Shown here one piece after another: positions 16,765-24,000 of a DNA stretch of 24,000 bases (position 1 is the stretch's first letter; the number at the start of each line of letters is the position of its first letter). Below the pieces are notes generated by a model that saw only the letters and a list, made by a program, of their open reading frames with translations, ran no database searches and was not told the origin of the DNA. The DNA is from Shewanella sp. MR-4 (lineage in GTDB: Bacteria; Pseudomonadota; Gammaproteobacteria; Enterobacterales; Shewanellaceae): NCBI RefSeq assembly GCF_000014685.1, contig NC_008321.1, positions 2,659,481 to 2,683,480 of the forward strand, given 5' to 3'. The translations under genes and the position numbers were made by a program.

Positions 16765-17748
16765 ATGTTCATGAGAAAAACTGTAAATTTTAAATGGATT
16801 ATTCCTATAATTTTGTGGGGTGCACAAAATCAATCTGTTTATGCATTTTATTGCTCTTTCAGTTCGACCACAACAACAATTAAATTGAGTGATGTAGCAA
16901 ACATCGGTGATGAAATCGTTCTTTATAACTTAGCAGGGCAAACTTGCAGTGGTTGGGGAAGCCCTAACTATCTAGATGCACTTAGAGTTTATAGTTTCAC
17001 TGAATACAATATTTTGCAAGGTTCTGGACTTTCAGTGTTCTATGTCGATAATGGCTATTACTACAAATACCCAGAAGTTATTAATCGCTGTGTTTGGCCT
17101 TGGAGTGGAAGTACATGTCCTTACTCTACCTTTACGGATGGTACCTACCCTGTCAGAGGACGGCTAGTGCTCAGACGGACGGGCACCACCGCATCCAACG
17201 TAACTATTCCTGCAAACTCAAAATTAGCCGAAATTGGGTTTCAGCAAAGAGGATATTCCAGCTCAGGACCAGCATGGAGTAGTAACGTTTATAAAATATC
17301 CGTCTCAAATAGTGACGCATTATCTTTTCCAACGTGTGATGTAGATATTGGCAGTCAAAATCAAACTATAGCTTTTTCTCCAGTATCTTCAAATCAATTC
17401 TCGGGGATTGGGACGACCGCTGAAAGTGAATTGTTTTCAATAAAATTAAATTGCAAAGCGGGTGTTTCTGTATATGCAACCGTTACCGATTCGAATCAAC
17501 TAGGTAGCGCAGGCCCTAACTTATCACTTGATCCAAGCTCAAGTGCCGCAGGGGTTGGCATTCAAGTTTTGTATAATGGCGCACCATTGGGATTCGGAGT
17601 TGCAAACCAATTTTATGTAGCAGGAAACGCCTCCACTCCGGAAGTATCACACATAGTTCCCTTTGAAGCACGTTATGTTCAAACTCAATTGAAAATTATT
17701 CCTGGCTCGGTGTCTGCAAAAGCGATCATATCTTTTGAATATTTGTAG
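16765..17748 (+). CDS. Orphan two-domain fimbrial adhesin paralogue
   Basis: A 327-aa ORF with a signal peptide (..SVYA/FYCSF). The C-terminal half (PTCDV..KLNCKAGVSVYATVTDSNQLGSAGPNLSLD..GVGIQVL..VPFEARYVQT..PGSVSAKAIISFEYL) is a pilin domain closely related to 20243-21238. The N-terminal half is unrelated by eye. A second ATG at 16771 has better spacing to the GAGG and may be the true start. Confidence 0.8.
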   Translation: MFMRKTVNFKWIIPIILWGAQNQSVYAFYCSFSSTTTTIKLSDVANIGDEIVLYNLAGQTCSGWGSPNYLDALRVYSFTEYNILQGSGLSVFYVDNGYYYKYPEVINRCVWPWSGSTCPYSTFTDGTYPVRGRLVLRRTGTTASNVTIPANSKLAEIGFQQRGYSSSGPAWSSNVYKISVSNSDALSFPTCDVDIGSQNQTIAFSPVSSNQFSGIGTTAESELFSIKLNCKAGVSVYATVTDSNQLGSAGPNLSLDPSSSAAGVGIQVLYNGAPLGFGVANQFYVAGNASTPEVSHIVPFEARYVQTQLKIIPGSVSAKAIISFEYL

Positions 17749-18704
17749 TAAGACAATTTAAAGCTGTATAGATCGCTAATGATTCCCCTAGGCACCTTTT
17801 AGTTAGATGAACTAACACAAGAGATGCCTAGAGACCACAACCTTATCCCAGAGAATTTATAATCGAAGCTGTTAATAAATTACCTTTGCAGTTCATTCTG
17901 TTGTTGCTCAACGCTTAGGTCCATTCAGAGATTAAACGCTATGGCTCAGATTCAGATCAACACTTGCGCAATGTTTGATTAATCTGCCGAAATTAATCAA
18001 CTTCAGAAAAAATAAAGCGTGTAACTGAAAAATGTGACTAGTTAAAAAGCTGCCGCGTACTTTGGAGCCTGTCCTCGTAAGATACGCCTTTTTTCAAGAA
18101 CATCACTACTTGCCAGTACAACAACTTTATGAACGAGTTTAATGTTAATCTGAGCAGGTTTTACGCACCGAGAAACCGCTCTAAATCAAAGTAGCAGAAG
18201 GATAATAAAAGAAGACTTACAGGGCAACTCCAAAGGAGGTATCTCGGAGTTTGTGGTGTTATAGATATCCTAAAATCTGCCGAGATATGAGGACATTGGC
18301 TGGTAATGTGAGATTAATCGTGTACACCGACTCATGCGACTAGTAGGACTGAAAGTATAAGTTGAAATCGGAAACCACGTGCTCATGCAGGTGAACGGCA
18401 TGTAATCGCCAAATCGTTTAGCGGCAATGTATCCCAGAGGCTCCCGATATGGTTAGAGGTAATCGATATTTATAACATCAAAATACATGAAGGTTGGTTT
18501 TATCTTGGAAGATTGATGGGTAAAAGAATAGCTAAATCCCTGGTATTACAGCGTTTTTAATGGCTATATGGTGCGTTAAATCTACAGGTAAGATTACTTA
18601 ATTGTAAACAATGAAACCAATATTCCCAGCCATGACTGGAGTGAACTTCTTACTGCACATGGATTGGAAGGCGCCATGAGACGACGTGGTAATTAGTATG
18701 ATAA

Positions 18705-18713
18705 TGCCGTAGT
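18705..18713. repeat. 9-bp target-site duplication TGCCGTAGT (left copy) of the IS10-like element
   Basis: An identical 9-mer directly abuts both IS ends (18705-18713 and 20032-20040). Confidence 0.9.
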
Positions 18714-20031
18714 CTAGCAAATCCCCAGATAAATTCGATGGAATTCAAATAAGTAGACACGCATGATGCTGTTTGATCTAATTAATTTCGCCAAAAACCT
18801 ACTAGATCCAACATCATGCGTGATATCGACATATTACACGATTTACTCAAAAAACAATGCCCTCAAATACATCAAAAACGCCTTAATTCTCTGATGGTTG
18901 CTACCGAGTCTTTACTCGATGGTAATCAACTCTCGTTAACCCAGTTAGGACGGAACATAACGGGGAATGTTGCACCAAAACACAATATCAAGCGCATTGA
19001 CCGACTGCTCGGAAATTTACATGTTATCAAAGATAAGTTCGCTATTTATCAATGGCATGCACAATATCTCTGCGGCGCAAATCCGATGCCCATTATTCTT
19101 GTGGATTGGTCTGATGTACGCGAGCAACTGCGAATGATTACCTTACGCGCATCAATCAGTGTTAAAGGTCGCTCCATTACTTTGTACGAACGCACTTTTC
19201 TGTTTGAAGATTACAATGCTCCACGCAGTCATAACGCTTTCCTAGTTGAGCTTGCAAACGTATTGCCGCCAGGATGCTGCCCGCTCATCGTCACCGATGC
19301 AGGTTATCGCAATACTTGGTTTAGGGAAGTTGAGCGCCATGGCTGGTTTTGGCTAGGTAGAGTTCGCGGTGACGTCAGTTTTATGCTCAACGGCCAAACA
19401 TCATGGCAGTCAAATAAATCCCTCTATCCTAAAGCGAATTCAACCGCGAAATACATAGGTAGTGTCAAGTTAGCACGCAAGTCTCCGCTACAATGTTACC
19501 TGCACTTGTTTAAAGCTAAACCTAAGCTGCGTAAGGATAAACGCTCTTCTAAGGCTGGACGAAATCACACCGCACAAAAGAGTTACAGCTTAGGAAGTAA
19601 AGAGCCTTGGCTACTCGCCACCAATCTACCTCCAGATTACTTTGGCCCTTCGAAGGTCGTCGATTTGTATGCTAAACGAATGCAAATTGAAGAAACCTTC
19701 CGCGATTTAAAAAGTCCGCAATATGGCATGGGCCTCAGACAAAGCCGCAGCCGTTGTCCAAAGCGATATGATGTATTGCTGCTCATCGCTATGCTCGCTG
19801 AAATCGTGTTGTGGTGTATTGGGTTAGCGGCACAACACCTTGGATGGCAAAGATATTTTCAAGCCAATACCGTGAGAAAGCGGGCAGTGCTATCAATTGT
19901 TAGACTTGGAAAGGAAGTACGTAAAAGAGACAAATATCCGGTAAAGGAGACAATTTTTCGCTGGGCATTAGTCGAATATATAAACTTAGTTCATGACGCT
20001 GGAAGACCTCAATTATGAGGGGATCCCCCAG
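18714..20031 (+). mobile_element. Intact IS10-like (IS4 family) insertion sequence, 1318 bp
   Basis: The ends are CTAGCAAATCCCCAGATAAATT (left) and the reverse complement CTGGGGGATCCCCTCATAATT (right). They resemble the IS10 ends CTGA.GAATCCCCT.AT.ATT as I remember them. There is a single full-length transposase ORF and a 9-bp TSD, as IS10 makes. Confidence 0.92.
18816..20018 (+). CDS. IS4-family (IS10-type) DDE transposase
   Basis: A 400-aa ORF colinear with the IS10 transposase as remembered: DILHD...HNIKRIDRLLGN..., ILVDWSD (D1), LIVTDAGY (D2), KEPWLLATNLP, YAKRMQIEETFRDLKSPQYGMGL (E, YREK region), FQANTVR..VLS.VRLG.EV. Confidence 0.95.
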   Translation: MRDIDILHDLLKKQCPQIHQKRLNSLMVATESLLDGNQLSLTQLGRNITGNVAPKHNIKRIDRLLGNLHVIKDKFAIYQWHAQYLCGANPMPIILVDWSDVREQLRMITLRASISVKGRSITLYERTFLFEDYNAPRSHNAFLVELANVLPPGCCPLIVTDAGYRNTWFREVERHGWFWLGRVRGDVSFMLNGQTSWQSNKSLYPKANSTAKYIGSVKLARKSPLQCYLHLFKAKPKLRKDKRSSKAGRNHTAQKSYSLGSKEPWLLATNLPPDYFGPSKVVDLYAKRMQIEETFRDLKSPQYGMGLRQSRSRCPKRYDVLLLIAMLAEIVLWCIGLAAQHLGWQRYFQANTVRKRAVLSIVRLGKEVRKRDKYPVKETIFRWALVEYINLVHDAGRPQL

Positions 20032-20040
20032 TGCCGTAGT
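20032..20040. repeat. 9-bp target-site duplication TGCCGTAGT (right copy)
   Basis: See 18705-18713. Confidence 0.9.
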
Positions 20041-20242
20041 ATAGAGCTTTTCCCTGTTATTAAAGCATGAAAAAATAATATAGAAGCTCTATTCTACAAG
20101 AGAAACGCCACAAAGAGTGATTTTTAAGTGCGTTGTTGCTAAACAAATTAGGCCACTAGTGAAATAATAGCTATTCAGGGCTGTTTTACATTCTCATTTA
20201 GGAAAACGATATTTTGTTTAAATTCTACAAAGGGAGTAAAAG

Positions 20243-21238
20243 TTATAGGTAACTGAATGAAATCACTGTTTTGGCTATGACTGTCCCAGGATTTATAATT
20301 GTTGAAGTTTGTACATAACGTGCTTCAAACGGCACAGAATAAGTACTCGCCGAAGGTATTCCTGTTCCAGAGATATAAACAGGATTGCCAAATGATAAAG
20401 GATTGCCACTCTGTAATAATTGAATACCAACCCCCGATGCAGTCGAGGAACCATCAAGAGATAAGTTAGGCCCAGTATTACTTAATTGGTTAGTATCACT
20501 AACAGTAGCATAGACAGAAACTCCTGCATCACAATCTAACACAATCCCAAATGGCACGCTTTCAGCTGTTGTTCCAACACCTAAGAAGTCACTTGTTGAA
20601 ACCTCAGGGAGTAAAACAGTTTGCTCTGAATTATTTACAGTGCATGTTGGGGCTGTTACTATTGAAGATCCAAAACCCATTCTGTTATAAATAGCAGAAT
20701 CTGATGATACAACCGAATAATATCTGCTTGTTAATGCTTTAATTGTTGGAATAGGTAACTGTATCACTCCTGACTTTAAAGGCCCGGTAACAATAAACCG
20801 CACATATATAGAGGCAAGATACGCAGCACCGCCAGATGTATTATGTTGATACCAGTACTTAGGTGTGTTACCAATCATGACTGTCTTACCGAAGGTAGTG
20901 TATACTTGAACTCCAACTCCATCAACGTTGGTATCGTACACTTCATATCCATTATATGTGACGCTCGACTTTACCATGGGCTGCTCAAAAGCTAACCACA
21001 TATAAGGTATATAACCGCAGTTCAGAGCAGAAGCACTCCCACTAAAAGAGCCAAATAGTGCTAGCTGTTGGCCTATTGACACATTGGCTGGCACACTAAC
21101 ACTCCCTAGCGAGCGATTGCTGTAGATAGCGTTAGCGCTGCAAGCTTCAGCTTTAGCAATAAAGATAAAACAAAAAAAAACCAGACCAACTAGAGCAAAA
21201 ATTAGCCACAGCATTTTCTTCTCAGATAGAAACATCAT
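20243..21238 (-). CDS. Orphan two-domain fimbrial adhesin paralogue
   Basis: A 331-aa ORF with a signal peptide (..FIAKA/EACSAN). The C-terminal pilin domain (PTCTV..VLDCDAGVSVYATVSDTNQLSNTGPNLSLD..GVGIQLL..VPFEARYVQT..PGTVIAKTVISFSYL) is clearly paralogous to 16765-17748. The N-terminal roughly 190 aa are divergent. Confidence 0.8.
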   Translation of the reverse strand: MMFLSEKKMLWLIFALVGLVFFCFIFIAKAEACSANAIYSNRSLGSVSVPANVSIGQQLALFGSFSGSASALNCGYIPYMWLAFEQPMVKSSVTYNGYEVYDTNVDGVGVQVYTTFGKTVMIGNTPKYWYQHNTSGGAAYLASIYVRFIVTGPLKSGVIQLPIPTIKALTSRYYSVVSSDSAIYNRMGFGSSIVTAPTCTVNNSEQTVLLPEVSTSDFLGVGTTAESVPFGIVLDCDAGVSVYATVSDTNQLSNTGPNLSLDGSSTASGVGIQLLQSGNPLSFGNPVYISGTGIPSASTYSVPFEARYVQTSTIINPGTVIAKTVISFSYL

Positions 21239-21345
21239 TACTCACCCATAAAATATTTCAACATAGCACAGCTCTTAAATAAGAATTTTGAAATTTACCA
21301 CCATGCCAAAAAAAAGAGTTGGCACGCGCGCAATTATTTCTCAAG

Positions 21346-21365
21346 AGATGCTAACTACTCGCAAC
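21346..21365 (+). promoter_or_regulatory. Conserved upstream motif AGATGCTAACTACTCGCAAC (second copy)
   Basis: See 16064-16081. It lies in the 173-bp divergent region between the adhesin (20243-21238) and the EAL gene (21412-). Confidence 0.35.
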
Positions 21366-21411
21366 TAAAACTAGGTGATTATTTTTATTAAAATAATTAG
21401 AGGTTCTAATA

Positions 21412-22134
21412 ATGATATACACCTCCACAGTAAGTCATTGCAAATATAAACAATGTATTTTCCATAGTGTAGAATGTGATAAGTCAAATTGTCGACATTA
21501 TTATATCTACCAAAATATCATTGATAGAAATGGAGGCTTACACGCCATTGAAATCCTTTCAAGACCTATCTCAAACATTAAAATCTCAATAGAAAAATAC
21601 TTTGACATATTAAGTCAAGATGAAGGAACGAAGATATTAAAACATCAATTACTAAACTTTTCTAAAAACTTCAAAAAACTGGATATTGGAACAAAAAAAA
21701 TTTTTTTGAATGTTGATAAACACCTACTTAATAACCAAAAAAATGTCGACTTGCTTATTAACAGCAGCACTGACTTTAACCAAAATTTCTGGGAGATTGT
21801 TTTTGAAATCACAGAAAGACAATATGGAAAAATCCCTGGGATAAGAAATGCTTTTTGCCAAATGATATTAAATGATGTGTTATTTGCCGCAGATGATTAC
21901 TCATCAATTACAAACACGCATAATTTTTTAATTGACTACACCTATATAAAAATAGATATGCATGAAATAATTGAGCGTACGAATCGAGACTTTAATGATT
22001 TTATTGATGAGCTTTATTTAATGAAAGAATGCGGCAAAAAACTTATAGTAGAAAAAATACAGACACAAAATGATTACCTTTTAACAATCGCAATGCCATT
22101 TGACTATTTTCAAGGTTTTTATTTTGATGATTAA
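21412..22134 (+). CDS. Stand-alone EAL-domain protein (putative c-di-GMP phosphodiesterase or c-di-GMP-related regulator)
   Basis: A 240-aa ORF with an AGAGG RBS. EAL-domain motifs appear in order: YQNIIDRNGGLHAIEILSRP (YQPI...G.E.L.R), FLNVD (N), FEITER (ExxE), AADDYSS (DDFG), IKID (KxD), LIVEKIQTQNDY (AEGVE with the first E kept and the second changed to Q), FDYFQGFYF (QG). The size matches single-domain EAL proteins such as PdeH and YdiV. Confidence 0.7.
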   Translation: MIYTSTVSHCKYKQCIFHSVECDKSNCRHYYIYQNIIDRNGGLHAIEILSRPISNIKISIEKYFDILSQDEGTKILKHQLLNFSKNFKKLDIGTKKIFLNVDKHLLNNQKNVDLLINSSTDFNQNFWEIVFEITERQYGKIPGIRNAFCQMILNDVLFAADDYSSITNTHNFLIDYTYIKIDMHEIIERTNRDFNDFIDELYLMKECGKKLIVEKIQTQNDYLLTIAMPFDYFQGFYFDD

Positions 22135-22143
22135 ATAGAAGAT

Positions 22144-22185
22144 TGAATCATGAGGTGCTCAGGATTCATCTGCATTTTATTTTCG
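22144..22185 (+). terminator. Rho-independent terminator after the EAL gene
   Basis: TGAATCATGAG-gtg-CTCAGGATTCA forms an 11-bp stem with one mismatch. It starts 10 nt after the stop and is followed by tctgcATTTTATTTT. Confidence 0.6.
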
Positions 22186-22337
22186 CTATGCCTGATGGTA
22201 CATTTTTTGTATACAAGTATAAGCTGAATTAACCAGGTCACCAACAAAGAGTCAAGGCAACATAATAACTATGCACTATTGTTTATGCGAAGCTTTAATA
22301 GACCACCCTACTAAAAACTAAAAATCATCGTATAAAA

Positions 22338-22379
22338 ACATTAAAGCCTCACAGTAAAAGTTACTATGAGGCCTTTATA
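22338..22379 (-). terminator. Terminator hairpin downstream of tRNA-Pro (bidirectional in form)
   Basis: GCCTCACAGTAA-aag-TTACTATGAGGC (22346-22372) has one mismatch and lies about 40 nt past the tRNA 3' end. The minus strand continues TTTAATGTTTTTAT and the plus strand continues CTTTATATT. Confidence 0.65.
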
Positions 22380-22413
22380 TTGATTGACTTCGGGTGAAAC
22401 CAATCTCCGAATT

Positions 22414-22490
22414 TGGTCGGTATGAGAGGATTCGAACCTCCGACCCCTGACACCCCATGACAGTGCGCTACCGGGCTGCGCTACATACCG
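22414..22490 (-). tRNA. tRNA-Pro, anticodon GGG
   Basis: The reverse complement is CGGTATGTAGCGCAGCCCGGTAGCGCACTGTCATGGGGTGTCAGGGGTCGGAGGTTCGAATCCTCTCATACCGACCA, 77 nt. It has a 7-bp acceptor stem, a GCGC/GCGC D stem, the anticodon loop AUGGGGU (GGG), the T arm GGAGG-TTCGAAT-CCTCT and an encoded CCA. It is almost identical in pattern to E. coli proL as remembered. Confidence 0.95.
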
Positions 22491-22843
22491 AGAATTTTCG
22501 TGCTTAACTAAACTGACTTCTGTAAGCTTAAGCACTTGTTACTTAAGATGCTATCGACTGGGGTTCACCTTAAGTGACGCTGACTTTACCAAGTGGATCG
22601 GCTCAACGCAAGTGCTTAGTGATATGAGTTTGGTCAACTGCTTAGTTTCTGGTCTGAATGGCGAGTTTTGCAAAAAAATTCCCTCCCATCTTGGCTGTAA
22701 CAGCCACTGACTGTGAACTAGAGCGAAACTTAACTGAACCAGTCAATATCAAATTAAGAAACATCTGCTAAGCTAGATGTAATTCATCGTTTCAATGCAA
22801 TAGATTGCTTTTTAAACATAAATTTTGTGGAAGGGAATTATCA

Positions 22844-24000
22844 TTGCGTGTACCTGCTGTTAATGCCGCCCATCTAAAGTTAGCCACCTTTCTTGGTCTA
22901 CTGGGTCTAATACTCAACATTTACCCTATTCCGCTCTTTGCTAACGTGCAGCTTATTTTAGGTAATGCGGCGGTAGTAATAGTGGCCATTCTGCTTGGGC
23001 CTTGGTATGCCCTATTGACAGCCTTATTTACGGCAACAGGCTTGATGTTGGCCTGGTCCAGTGCCCATGTGTATCTGGTGTTTTTACTCGAAGCCCTTTG
23101 GTTGGGGTTTGCGCGGCGCAGAGACGTACCTATCCTGTACGCCAGTATAAGTTACTGGCTGTTAATAGGTTTGCCATTAATGAGTTTGTACCTGTGGCTT
23201 ATCACGGGAATGCCAGCTTACCACATCCCTTTTACCACAATAAAACAAGCATTTAACGGGATTTTCTACACCACGTTAGGGGAGCTTTGCGTGGTCGCCC
23301 TCCCCAGTTTATGGCATTTAAAAGATAGGTTGGTGAATCACACTCGCCGAACCATGAGTTCACAGATCAGCTATCTGTTTATTTTAATTACCACCATCAG
23401 CTTATTAACCTCATCCTTAGTGTTTAACCATTATTTCATGGATAAACAACAAATATTGATTAATCAGAATCTTAACGACACAGGCATCTCCCTTGGACAC
23501 GCCACCGAAACCTACATTAGTACTAACACCCGTACCATTGCCAGTGTCGGGAAATTTATCAGTGTATCGGGTCTACCTTTTGAACAATGGCAGCGCATAC
23601 TCGATAGCGTCCAGAGTCTGACCCCCAGTTTTACCACTATGTTTATTGCCAATGAACATGGGGAGATTGTCGCAGGAAGCCCTATTGAAAAGCTTAATAA
23701 TTTCAAAAAGCTGGAACAAAGGTTCAATGTGCAAGATAGGGATTACTTTATCCAAGCCCTCATTAACCACAACACCTTTGTGTCCCCCGTCTTTATCGGA
23801 AGGGGTTTAGATAAAGAAATCATCATTGCTATCAGTACCCCCATTTTTAAAGAAGGCTCTAACACCGCCATAGGTATTGTGCAAGGAAGCCTAGACTTGG
23901 GGTATTTCTCCAATATTGATAAACAAAATCAACACCATGAAACACAGTCTATTATTTTATTGGATGAGAAAAAGAACATCGTTTATGCATCCGAAAGACT
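22844..24000 (+). CDS. Membrane sensor protein, N-terminal part: polytopic membrane domain plus periplasmic Cache-like domain (3' end and output domain outside window)
   Basis: The frame is open from 22772 to the window end. A TTG at 22844 follows GGAAGGG at about 8 nt. A TTG at 22805 is an alternative start. About 5 hydrophobic helices (LATFLGLLGLILNIYPIPLF..., AVVIVAILLGPWYALLTALF..., etc.) are followed by another TM and then FIANEHGEIVAGSP...VQDRDYFIQAL..FVSPVFIGRGLDKEIIIAISTPIF..GIVQGSLDLGYF, which fits the Cache/dCache pattern. Confidence 0.7.
   Translation, partial: MRVPAVNAAHLKLATFLGLLGLILNIYPIPLFANVQLILGNAAVVIVAILLGPWYALLTALFTATGLMLAWSSAHVYLVFLLEALWLGFARRRDVPILYASISYWLLIGLPLMSLYLWLITGMPAYHIPFTTIKQAFNGIFYTTLGELCVVALPSLWHLKDRLVNHTRRTMSSQISYLFILITTISLLTSSLVFNHYFMDKQQILINQNLNDTGISLGHATETYISTNTRTIASVGKFISVSGLPFEQWQRILDSVQSLTPSFTTMFIANEHGEIVAGSPIEKLNNFKKLEQRFNVQDRDYFIQALINHNTFVSPVFIGRGLDKEIIIAISTPIFKEGSNTAIGIVQGSLDLGYFSNIDKQNQHHETQSIILLDEKKNIVYASER

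Larger units (their letters stand above)
17780..20177 (+). mobile_element. Decayed IS3-family insertion sequence, copy 2 (same family and orientation as copy 1), interrupted by an IS10-like element
   Basis: 17795-18000 aligns with copy 1 (ttttagttagatGaactaac..., ..atcgaagctgtta.., ..gcgcttaggt..) with many indels and stops. The OrfB tail DNAV|(IS10)|VESF..LLKHEKI.. resumes after 20040. The right end gaaataatagctATTCA at 20161-20177 matches the copy 1 end gaaatagtggcgATTCA. Confidence 0.75.

Noticed and set aside
16367-17282. ORFs 16367-16567 (-), 16976-17167 (+) and 17094-17282 (+)
   Set aside because: They are shadow or alternative-frame ORFs inside the EAL-like ORF and the adhesin gene.
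17300-20660. Inverted homologous 3' ends of the two orphan adhesin genes acting as an invertible shufflon-type switch
   Set aside because: The genes are convergent, so recombination between their C-terminal segments would only invert the IS nest and swap near-equivalent pilin-domain ends. It would not exchange lectin domains or promoters. No recombinase gene is present.
21320-21336. TGGCAC-N5 as a sigma54 -24/-12 promoter upstream of the EAL gene
   Set aside because: The -12 element is missing: CAATT is present where TTGCA is expected. The paralogous upstream region at 16045-16081 also lacks the TGGCAC.
22144-22168. TGAATC...GATTCA palindrome as a remnant of IS3 ends (the IS3 copies also start with TGAATC)
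   Set aside because: Only the 6-nt tips match. The structure is an 11-bp hairpin with a T-rich tail placed 10 nt after the EAL stop codon, so a terminator is the simpler explanation.
22341-22535. 64-aa minus-strand ORF
   Set aside because: It overlaps the tRNA-Pro gene and its terminator, so it is an artefact of translating a tRNA region.
23002-23770. ORFs 23002-23256 (+), 23512-23727 (-) and 23573-23770 (-)
   Set aside because: They lie within the long open frame of the Cache-domain sensor but in other frames or on the other strand, and none has motifs.

Overview
Three parts. (1) 1-7350: a conserved gammaproteobacterial respiratory nitrate reductase locus. It holds the 3' end of narK, a palindromic terminator, an FNR-type promoter region, narG-narH-narJ-narI and a terminator. 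(2) About 7.4-22.4 kb: a visibly AT-rich accessory island that ends at the 3' side of a tRNA-Pro(GGG) gene on the minus strand. Left to right it contains a frameshifted GGDEF-domain remnant and an orphan HTH (XRE-like) protein with an unknown C-terminal domain. Next is a decayed IS3-family copy, then a four-gene F17-like chaperone-usher fimbrial operon on the minus strand (major pilin, chaperone, usher, two-domain tip adhesin). The roughly 600-bp control region beyond it holds a strong minus-strand terminator hairpin and about 7.5 copies of a 15-bp tandem repeat. After that come a truncated EAL-like ORF and a second two-domain adhesin paralogue. A second decayed copy of the same IS3 element follows, split by an intact IS10-like element with a 9-bp target duplication. 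The island ends with a third adhesin paralogue divergent from a stand-alone EAL-domain protein. (3) 22.8-24.0 kb: the 5' part of a polytopic membrane sensor with a Cache-like periplasmic domain. I saw no CRISPR array, no rRNA and no recognisable nuclease, ATPase or methylase defence module. The points most worth follow-up are the repeat-plus-terminator element upstream of the fimbrial operon, the G8/G9 homopolymers inside the usher and adhesin genes, and the set of three adhesins for one usher, two of them each paired with an EAL-like gene. All homology statements come from reading the translations against remembered family motifs. No search or folding program was run.
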